Below the pieces are notes generated by a model. The model searched no databases. It worked only from the letters and a program-made list of their open reading frames with translations, and was not told the DNA's origin. This document shows positions 19,601 to 30,600 of a stretch of 64,000 nucleotides of DNA, piece after piece; position 1 is the first letter of the stretch; every line of letters begins with the position of its first letter. The translations under genes were made by a program, and so were the position numbers. The DNA is from the human T2T-CHM13v2.0 reference genome, Homo sapiens: NCBI RefSeq assembly GCF_009914755.1, contig NC_060944.1. One strand, given 5' to 3'.

Positions 19601-21603
19601 AATTTCCAAGAGGCAGGATTTATATGTGCCAAACCTCAAGTTATCTCTTAAGAATCCCATCCTATGCAGGGGTGGGGTGGAATCTCCTAGGGGAACTCAG
19701 GGTTAATGGATGACACAGGGCACCGCAAGCAACAGGTTTAATGCATCTCCAGGGGAAGTCCAGGACTGAAACTGCTAATGCGTGATGGAGCCAAGGAGAG
19801 AACCCAGGAATTCTAACTGACCTCCCTCACAGCCTAGCCTAGGGTAGGGGGTAATGGCCTGGCAGAACCAAGTAGAAAGGCATTTTCTAAATCTTGAAGG
19901 GATGATCACAGCTGGAGGCAGAAGCCAGGTGAAGGAGGAAAGGGTAGGGAGCAAAGAAAGTAATGGACAAGAGGAAAGGCAGGGACACGTCCAAAAAAAG
20001 TAGTTTTTGGGGGGCGGACCTCTAGGGACATTGCTTTCCAGTTTCCACACTCTTGCCGGCAGGGCTGGGACAGGAAGCAGTCCATGGAAGTCATCGCAAT
20101 GGCATTTCCTGAAGAGCTGGAGAAAAACCTCCAGTTCCGAGGGGAGCACTGGAGGCTGCCCAAAAAGCTGTGTGGCTCAGAGTTCACTGTAAGGCTCAAG
20201 CTTGGCCCGAGAGTCTCATCAGGGATGAAACCAAATAGCAGACGGTCCCAAAGGCAGTTTCTTTATACAAAACCACAATTTCAAAAATCAATATGTAAAA
20301 AAAGAGAAGCCAGATGATGTGAGTGAAGAGCCCTAGGATGATATGAAAGCCTTAAAAGAATGAATTAATTCACCCAATCTTCAGAAAAAGGTGGCATTAC
20401 TATAGCCATTTACAAGTTAAAAGACTTGCCCAAGGTCACACAGCAAGCTAGTAGTCAAGTTCCAATTTGAAAGTCCAAAAACTGCCTCTTCCTCCTGATG
20501 TAACCTTGGGCAAGTCAATTCATCTTTCTCACCTGATTTCTCTCCTTTGAAACGGAGATGTCATCCTTCCTGCTCACCTCTCTGGGTGGTTATAAGGATC
20601 AAAAAGGCAAGGTGGATCTGAAAGTGCTTTGGAAGCTGTAAGGTGTTACATAAATATAGGGTAGCACTATTGTGGGCTCAGTGATAAACTAGCCTGCCTT
20701 GACACTGGGTTTAGTTAAGGTGCTGACATATCTGTCAACAGGAGAGAGCCATTTTAAAATATAACTAATGTGAAATATGCTGTAATGGTGGAATCCGCCA
20801 CAAGGCCTAAGGATAGAGAGAACCAGCATTCCTTTATTGCCTACTTCAAACCCTCCATCTTGCATAAAGGGAAACTGGGGACTGGGGGTGAAGTGACTTG
20901 GCCAAGGTGAGACTGAGAGTAGAACTGGGATTCCAACTCCAAGACCAGTGCTTACACCACCATTGCACACAAACACTGTGGAGCTCCTACTACAACAGAA
21001 ATGCTGCAAGGGCCTGCTCTGAGATGTGCTGATGGGTCACTATGGTATTTAGAAAAAGGAGAGTGGATGCTCAAGATTCCGTGAATGGGTCTCTGACATG
21101 CGTTCTGTGGAAAGATAATAAGAATAATGATACCAACATGGCTCCAGTCTTTATGCATCTCAGGTATACCTCACTGTGTCTTTACCATCGCCCCCTGTGA
21201 GGCAGGTATTATTATTTGTCCCAAGATTCAGAGAGGTAAAAGGAGCTTGCATAGGTAGACACGGATGAGTTGGGAACTGAACTCAGACAAATTTCATTTA
21301 CTCAGACAGAAATACTGTTGGAGTGGAAGAGGACCATTCATCAGAATATCACATTTGGAGAGAACTATTCCCAAAGAACATCTATCTTACTTAACTTTGA
21401 TTCTAGGACCTCCAAGTAGTTGAAAAATATGGTTTCCAGGATGGCTGGACCCATCAATATACCATGTGCAAGCCTGGTCTTATTCTCCAGTCCCCGTCTC
21501 ACTACACCTCCACCTCTAGGTCCAAGCCACTATTCTTTTTCACCTGGCAATTGCACCAGCCTCTTCACTGGGCTCCCTGTTGCCACCCTTAAGAATACAG
21601 ACC

Positions 21604-22140
<537 letters not shown>

Positions 22141-22202
22141 CTACATCATCCACCTCCTTACCTCATTTAGCGCTTGGCTCAAATAAATTTAGGTAATACT
22201 TT

Positions 22203-22878
<676 letters not shown>

Positions 22879-24937
22879 CCTTCTTTGATCACTCTTTTAA
22901 AACTGCAGCCCCACCCTCCCTTGCTAGACATGCCCTATGCCCCAACCTGCTTTATTTTCTTCATAGCATGTACAATCATCTGATATAAACATGTAATTAT
23001 ATATTTATTGCCTGTCACTCCTCATTGGAATGTGAGCTCCATGAGGACAGAAACTTAGTTTTGCTTACTTTTGTTTACTGCCATACTCCCAGTATGGTAC
23101 ACAGTAGGAGCTCAATAAACATTGTTTGACTCAACGAATGAATTATTAGGTAAATAGCCACTCCCATTATTGTTATTCTGGCTTGACAAGGGTCTGTTTC
23201 TTCAGAAATTTAGTGGGTTTCTCTTCAATTAGGTATCTGCTATGCCCAAGGCCTCTGCTCAGTGCTGAGGAAACAAGCATGGACAAGATGTGGCCTCCAC
23301 CCTGAGGAGCTCCTAAATCTAGGACAGAGTAAATCTGTTAGAAATGTCTTCTCTGCACATAATTTAAGCTCTACCAACTGTTAACTTCTTTTCATTTATC
23401 CAAGTTTTGCCAGGTACCACACCAATAAAAAAAGACTCAGTCCCTCTTCCTTCAGATATCTGAAGCTGGTGATATTCTCCTGGGTCTTCTCTTCCCCAGG
23501 CTAAACAAAAAGACCCAGTGGGATTGCCTGACTCAGGTCTGCCAACTGGGAACAAGGAAGACAGACTGTCGGATAGAGGGGCAGAAGAGAAGAGGATCCA
23601 GGAGTAGAGTGACTCCTTCAAAGAAAAAAGAGGGAGTCCTTAGGGAGGACTCTGTGGAATTAGGTTGGAGGTTGGGTGGGGACAGGGCCTCTGCTTAATT
23701 AAGGCAGTAGGAGATTATACTTCCGTAGAAAAGCAGTACACTGGGAATTACCCCTATGTCTATCCACATTAAACTCAGGCAAAACCACAGTTGCTTCAAG
23801 AAAGCCCCATGATGGAAGGCTGAGGGCACTGGCAAAACCAGGGAGACTGGACACAGAGGAGGACGCTCAAGCCCACTGGCCTCAGGACAGATATCTGCTG
23901 GGGGAAGGGACAGAGATAACAACTGCTGTTTCATGCAGCCCAAACAAATCTGGGGACACCCATACAAAAGTCAAGAAAACCCTCCAGGTTCCATTGGAGC
24001 CCCCTGAAAAAATACCCGGGTAATTTTCGACAGAAGCTAAAGGGCTCTGTGGGGCTACTGGGGAAATTATTCCTAGGAAGTCTGGAAAACCCTGTGATGG
24101 TAACAGAATTTTAAGAGCAACCTCAAATGTACACTCAGAAGAAGTAGGTGTTTCAAGGGGGAGCCCCTGAGACACTTCTACTTAATTTTGGGACCCGAAT
24201 GAGATTACTAAAAATTTCCACATTTGGGGTTTCTAATGGGGTTTCCCTAAGAAAACCACAGAACTGCCACTATCTGCAAAGGGAGCTGAGGTGCTTCAAC
24301 TAAGCATACATCCATCTGAAGAAGCCACATTAGGCAATAAGAGATCTACAGAAACTCAGACCACTGAGCCATACAGCTTAAGAAAGGCCAAGTTATGTTT
24401 TCTCCCCCAACACAGTTCATTGCTCCCAACAATTACGTTTCTATCAGGCTAAGGGATTTCTTCAGGGACAGCAATCCCAAAGTGGCAAGGCCCACCTGGG
24501 TCCCTTCCCACATTCCCATTGGAAAGCACCAGAAACACTTGTGTCCCTTCGGGGAAGGTCATGTATACAACATTCCAGGAAAGTATCACAGGGACTTTGT
24601 TTCTCAAGGAGAAACTCTAGGGGGAAGAGTCAGTTCTCTGAGGGAAGCTGCCCATTCATTAAAGGGTTTCCACCCTACAATTATGGCAGGAGAAGGGCTT
24701 TTGTGCTAGATCCTTTACTCGAGTCAAGCTATGGCAGCTGGCTATCATTATTCCATTTTACAGGCGGGAGAGACAGATGGACAAGACAGCCGAACAGGTT
24801 CAGCATTTCATCAGGTGACTCCAGGCAGGCAGTAATCTGGCTAAGGGTCTACACTTTCAGTCCTTGAAGCATCACTCCACCACTAAGTAGAGATACCTGG
24901 GGCAGGCCACCTTCTCCCCACACGCACACCACTGTCA

Positions 24938-25291
<354 letters not shown>

Positions 25292-28146
25292 TTAATAAGC
25301 AGCTCACTCTGGGCAAAACCCTGATGCCCACTTGAAACCTGCCATGTCTGAGTTTTACCAGTGCCAGAATCTGAGGCTACCAACACGCCTCTGGGAACCT
25401 GCTACTGCCAACTATCCTTCCCATAGCTACCTGAACAAAGCCAGTTATCAGTCCAGAGTGAGCACCTTCACAGGCATGGTTTGCTTGGCCCAACAGCATC
25501 TCTGGCTTTCTGGGCCAGCATGTCTAGGTCACTTTATTACTCCCTGGACAACTTGATAGGATGAAAAGTGTTGGCTTTAGAATTATGCCAACCTTGGTGT
25601 AAATTCTCATTCAGACACTTAACTGGCTGAGGGACACCTGGGGTCAGTCACTTAGGCACAAAGACCTTCATGTGTAAACTGGGAATAAACTCACCTTCCT
25701 TGGAAGGTTACTGTAGAATATATGAAACAGCATGCCGTTTCCATGAAGGAAGGTACCATGCGTGGCTTATGGCCAGCACCTAGTACACTGCTAGCTTCAC
25801 AGTAGATGCTCAAGAAACACTGGTTGCATAAGTAGAGGACCTAACACAGTGCCTAGTACTTAACAGGTACTCAATAAAGACTAATTTCCTTCCCCTTTCC
25901 TGTAGGGATGCTAAATTTAGAACATAGCCCTGAGTAGAATAGCCCATAACTCCTACCCTTAAGGATCTCCCAGCCGCAGTCTCCAGGATAATTACCCGAT
26001 GCCACCACAGTAGCCAGTCGGTGCAGCTTGGAACAGGATAATACCTGAGAGGAAGGGGGCGGGTACCTTCTACCCAGGCTCAAAGGATCCTGAGTCAAAT
26101 GTTCTTTACTCCCTGGCCTTAGGGAGAGAATGTGTGCTCAGAAATGGTTCTGATATAACTGGCTCTTCCACACACATCCCCTCTGTTCACCAAGAGGAAG
26201 TGACATGTGGTATGTTGTCCAACAGGCTCTGATGATTCTTAAGCAAAGAGATGGAAGATGGAATTTCAACCCCATGGAGATCTAATAAACTTACCCAGAG
26301 TTGCTGTGTCTAAGACCTCTTTCATATGCACCACTGGGCAGCTGGCAATTCTCTGGTAGGGGTAGCCTTCTGCAGAGGCTGGCTAGCAGACCAGGCACCT
26401 CTCCCAGACTGCCTTTTGTTTATAGCTGGCAACAACCCACCTGGTATTAGGACCACTGGCCAAAGACAATAGTCAGGCAAAGTGGGCAAGCAGCCTCAAT
26501 CCCTACTTGGAGATGCCTCAGAGGGTGTGTCTGCAGTACTGGAATCCTGTCCCTCCTGTAATCAGCTGAACAAATATTTGCCCCAAAAGAGAATCAAAGC
26601 AGGAGGGAACAGGAGAGGTCACTGCACAAACCAACAGGAACTATTTAATCATTTATCCCCCTAGAGAGTTCATTTACAGAATGGCTTTCAAGTCTAGTCA
26701 GCTAGCTCAAGAGAACCCACCACCTTTACCTCCCCTGACCCCACCCCAGTTATCTGACCTCTATTGACTTGACCCCCTTGCCTTTTACAAGAGCTGGCAC
26801 AGACGAGTTGAAATTGCAAAGAAATGCAAAATGAGAGAGGGGGTGGGGTTCCAGGGCAAACTCAGGAGGTCTCTTGCTCAGTGGTAAAGTGAAGTGCCTG
26901 CCACACCCTAGGCCCAGCCTATAGACAGTTGCATTCTTGACATTCCTGAGTCCATGGTGCATGTCCCCTTCCACCTCAGCTCCTTCAATGGATGACTTAT
27001 TTTCCACAGCTTGATGCTTTTCTGCATACTCTGAGGGGATAGAACATCTCTCATAAAACCTGCACCTCCGCTAGGTAGGGAGATAAGCAAGAAAACAGGA
27101 CTGAATTCACTGAAGAGCAAAACTTGCCTACAGTGACCACTGGTAAAGAAGCTTTCACCACCATCTCATCCTGGCTCAGTGATGGGCAGGAGAACTCTCC
27201 CTCCCTGGAAAGGGAATTTGCTGGTGTCAGTCACTGTGCTCACATTATCGCCAAGATTTACAATACACTGTAAGGCAAGGAGAGCTTGCCACATTTTTTA
27301 GTGAAAGAAACTAAGCCTCAAGAAAGTAACCCAGCCTGTCCAAGGTCACACAGCTAGTTACATGACAGAACTGGAACTTATACCTGCATGTGAAGTCTGT
27401 TACTAAATCTCAATGTCCCACAGAGCCCCAAAGACTAGGTTCTTGCTTTGCCAGCAAACAGTGCTTGAAGAGGCCCCTGGGCTCTGGCCGGAAAGTAACA
27501 GGCAGAGCAGCTGGAGCTCCCCAACCGACCCCAGGCAATGAGGTGCAAAGTCCCCTGGCTTAATGTGTGACACAGCAAGTGCTCCACAAACAAGGCAACC
27601 ATGCAGAAAGTCGCACACTTTGGGGGAAATGAACTTAGGGGGCGCAGTGCAAACACAATCTGCACAGCCTACACTGCCCCAAAATCTGACAATTCTCAGC
27701 CATTCAACCCAGTGGGAACTCCTGCCTATGGCCATGCCCTAGTCTGAGAGGAGAGTGCCATACACGCAAACTTTGAAATAAAGGGAACTTGATTTGGGGG
27801 AGAGAAGCCCAGGATAGGACTGAGACCCCTTGGGGGGAACAGATGGAGAGGTCTGTGGGTCATTGATGCTCATCATCTTCTCCAGGCATTATACTCATCA
27901 CCCCTTTGTGTGTGAACCATTGTATAAGGTAAGGGAAACACCGAACTAACTTCCTACCCTCACAGGTTTGGGACTTAATGAACACATAGGCTACAGTTTT
28001 CTTTGCTGAGAAACTGGAACACAAGTATGGAATAGTGGAGTCATGGGGGTGACCAGGGTGAAAGATGCCTGATCTCTGAAGCACAGGGTCATTTGTATTT
28101 CCAAGGAGTTAACCTCTTGTGGTGAAATGAGGCCAGTCAGGTTTCC

Positions 28147-28830
28147 TCAACTATCAACGTCTCCAACAATCACCCAACACAACAGAAAGAGATACAGAAG
28201 AAGGGCTGTTGGGGATCTCTGACCAGAGGCCAAAGAAAAGGGACACACAAGGGGCTTGGTTCTTACCCAGCCGCCGTTCTCCTGGATCCAAGGCTCTAGG
28301 TGGTCATTCAGGTAAGTGGCCATCCAAGCTGCGATCCGACTCACCAATACCTGCATCTCCTTGTCTACGCTTTCCACGCACAGTGCCCCGCCGAAGGAGA
28401 AAAAGGCCACAATGCGACCCCAGTTTACCCCATCCCGGAAGAGTTCATTCACTACCTGTTCAAAGCTCTGATATGCTGTCCCTGGGGTGATGTGGAGCTG
28501 GGATGTCAGGTCACTGAATGCCCGCCGGTACCGCAGTTCAAACTCGTCGCCTGCCTCCCTCAGCGCTTGCTTTACTGCTGCCATGGGGATCACCTCCCGG
28601 GCATCCAAACTGCTGCTGTGGCCAGTGGCTCCATTCACCGCGGGGCTGTCTGCCAGGTGCCAGGATGGGTTGCCATTGATGGCACTGGGGGTCTCCATCT
28701 CCGATTCAGTCCCTTCTGGGGCCTCAGTCCTGTTCTCTTCCACATCACTAAACTGACTCCAGCTGTATCCTTTCTGGGAAAGCTTGTAGGAGAGAAAGTC
28801 AACCACCAGCTCCCGGTTGCTCTGAGACAT
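28147..28830 (-). CDS. BCL2L1: Bcl-x(beta): 227-aa unspliced read-through isoform
   Basis: Frame stays open 39 codons past the xL donor (VRTKPLVCPF...LLLYLFLLCWVIVGDVDS*), as in the described beta isoform. The ORF-track start at 28869 is a TTG, not the real start. Confidence 0.8.
   Translation of the reverse strand: MSQSNRELVVDFLSYKLSQKGYSWSQFSDVEENRTEAPEGTESEMETPSAINGNPSWHLADSPAVNGATGHSSSLDAREVIPMAAVKQALREAGDEFELRYRRAFSDLTSQLHITPGTAYQSFEQVVNELFRDGVNWGRIVAFFSFGGALCVESVDKEMQVLVSRIAAWMATYLNDHLEPWIQENGGWVRTKPLVCPFSLASGQRSPTALLLYLFLLCWVIVGDVDS
28267..28830 (-). CDS. BCL2L1: Bcl-xL coding part of the first coding exon (aa 1-188: BH4, loop, BH3, BH1, most of BH2); remaining CDS lies outside the window
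   Basis: Translation MSQSNRELVVDFLSYKLSQKGYSW...LREAGDEFELRY...NWGRIVAFF...WIQENGGW matches human Bcl-xL. ATG at 28830-28828; donor TGG|GTAAGA at 28267/28266 after exactly 564 nt. Confidence 0.99.
28418..28436 (-). promoter_or_regulatory. G-run splicing element downstream of the xS donor (hnRNP F/H type)
   Basis: GGGATGGGGTAAACTGGGG about 20 nt 3' of the xS donor. hnRNP F/H control of xS through these G tracts is established. Confidence 0.7.
28456..28830 (-). CDS. BCL2L1: Bcl-xS form of the exon (alternative upstream 5' splice site, removes 63 aa)
   Basis: CAG|GTAGTG donor after ...YQSFEQ (375 nt), 189 nt before the xL donor, same phase. Matches the established xS isoform. Confidence 0.95.
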
Positions 28831-28960
28831 TTTTATAATAGGGATGGGCTCAACCAGTCCATTGTCCAAAACACCTGCTCACTCACTGAGTCTCGTCTCT
28901 GGTTAGTGATTCTCTTCTAAGATCCAAAGCCAAGATAAGATTCTGAAGGGAGAGAAAGAG
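28831..28960 (-). other. BCL2L1: 5' UTR portion of BCL2L1 exon 2
   Basis: Acceptor TTTTTTTCCTGAAG|CTCTTT at 28961/28960, [14 protein letters not shown] my recollection of the mRNA junction GATTTGAAT|CTCTTTCTC. Confidence 0.8.
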
Positions 28961-29150
28961 CTTCAGGAAAAAAAAATAATTAATATGCATGCCATTTACC
29001 CTAAAAATTCCATTCCCCCTCCAGGTACCAGAACTGGTTTCTTTGTGGGTCTTACGAAGGTCTGGGTCTAGGTTCCAAGATACTTCACTTAAGTCAAATC
29101 GAAAGCACCAGTGGACTCTGAATCTCCCACCAGCCTTTTCTACCCCCGTC

Positions 29151-29195
29151 TTCTCCGAAATGCCTTCCTCGGAAAGTCACTCCCTGGGCAGTCCC
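29151..29195 (-). promoter_or_regulatory. STAT (GAS) and kB-like elements in BCL2L1 intron 1
   Basis: TTCGGAGAA (29151-29159; matches the STAT5 element I recall for bcl-x), TTCCTCGGAA (29165-29174) and GGGACTGCCC (about 29185-29194). Confidence 0.7.
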
Positions 29196-29229
29196 CCCCG
29201 CCCCACTCCCGCTCCCCCGCACCACCTAC

Positions 29230-29470
29230 ATTCAAATCCGCCTTAGGCAAAGGCAGGCAGGTGCAGCCCCCGGAAGATCTTTTGTATCACAGGTCGGGAG
29301 AGGAGGTGGCTGCGGGGATGCCGGTAACTCAGCCGGCCTCGCGGTGGCTGGCAAAAAAACCAGCTCCGGCCGGAGGGATCATGCGACCCGGCAGGCTGGG
29401 AGCCCAGAAGGCGACACAGGAATTGCGAAGCTCAGGAACCAGCCCCCTCGCTTGCTTCCTCCTCCATCGC
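29230..29470 (-). other. BCL2L1: BCL2L1 non-coding exon 1 (proximal); TSS approximate
   Basis: Donor AAT|GTAGGT at 29230/29229; GC-rich sequence matches the recalled mRNA 5' UTR. The 5' boundary cannot be fixed from sequence. Confidence 0.75.
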
Positions 29471-30346
29471 CCGGATCGAGGGCGGCCGCTCCGCAGCCGC
29501 GGCCTCCTGCCACCCGGGAGCCCAGCCCCCTCTCTCTTGCACGCCCCTTGGCTCTCCGCCTCCTACTGGGAGCCAGGAGTACTCTCCCGGAGGTGGCTGG
29601 TATGGATTTAGTTGGTTTTTGTTTTTCTTTTTTCTATTTAAGCACCAGCCCAGGGTGAGGTGGAGGCGTCCGAAACCCTAAAGGGACTTCTCAATGGGGT
29701 TCAAGGTTTCAGTGAGGGACGCAGGGAGGGGGAAACTGCCTCAGATCTGCAATCTGACTTTGGGAAGGCCACCCCCAGGCCTGTCTGTGATGTTGAAGGC
29801 CGGAGACCCCCAACAAATGCCGCTGGTTTGCTCTGAATTCCCCAAAGGCCCAGAACGTGGCAGTTGGGGATTGCCGGGTCCTCCATTCCCCGCCCGGACA
29901 CAATGGCCGCCGGCGCCCTGCACAAAGACTGGGTGAGGGTGAGGCGCTGGGCCTCTCCTCAGGTCAGGAAGAGGGGTCGAGGCCTGCTCGACGGCCCCAC
30001 AGCTGAGACCACGTTTTCCTGGGGACAGGCCCAAAGTGGCTTTCTGGCGCCCCCGGGAGGGCTCCGGGGCCGGGGGCTGCACCTCTCCGGAGCCCAGGGT
30101 GGGCCGGCTGCGGCCTAGCGGCTTCTCGAGCTCACTAGGCCGGGTACCCGCCGAGCCACCGCCCCGTTGCTAGGCAACCGCCCTCCCCCGGGGGCGCCCC
30201 CTAGACCTTCCTGAGAGGAGGGGCCTCGCCCCCGGCGGTCCGCCCCAGCGCAGCCAATCAGCGAGCCCAGCCGGCACGGAAGCGGGACGGCGAAGGCTCC
30301 TATTGGGCGCAACGGCTGTCACGCACAGGGGAGGCGGCGCTCTCAC

Positions 30347-30600
30347 CTGCGAGCCCCGCGAGCCGTGGGGGGCCACATCCCCCTTCATCGGCCCGGTAGC
30401 TTCCAGACGCAAGAGCTCTTCGCGGCCGAGTTCCGCGCCGCGGACCCGGGCCGGCCTACCTGGCTGCCGGCCTACCTGGCTGACTGCTCGCGCCGTCTCT
30501 CCCGAACAAGCCGGCCTCAGTTTCCCCTGAAGAGACAGGGGAACTTGCAAGCTCAGTCACTTCCGGTGCCGCGGCAACGCGCGCGAGCCCGAGACGCAAA
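30347..30600 (-). other. BCL2L1: Probable distal alternative non-coding first exon(s) of BCL2L1
   Basis: Three minus-strand donors in the CpG island (CAG|GTAGGC at 30476 and 30460; CAG|GTGAGA at 30347) near an ETS motif. BCL2L1 is known to use several promoters. Extent is inferred. Confidence 0.55.

Larger units (their letters stand above)
28120..30020 (+). ncRNA. ABALON: Region of the antisense lncRNA ABALON/INXS; boundaries approximate
   Basis: From prior knowledge that an unspliced ~1.9 kb antisense RNA overlaps BCL2L1 exons 1-2. Its ends are not visible in the sequence. Confidence 0.45.

Noticed and set aside
27631-27650. CTCF-like TTAGGGGGCGCAGTGC (and a similar one at ~21187)
   Set aside because: The 5' half of the core mismatches; too weak without ChIP data.
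28831-28869. 13-aa N-terminal extension (MDNGLVEPIPIIK) in the ORF track
   Set aside because: It comes from a TTG start call; the established start is the ATG at 28830.
28300-28920. 206-aa plus-strand ORF antisense to the BCL2L1 CDS
   Set aside because: Starts at GTG and has no in-frame AUG. Long antisense frames are common opposite GC-rich coding sequence, and I recognise no domain.
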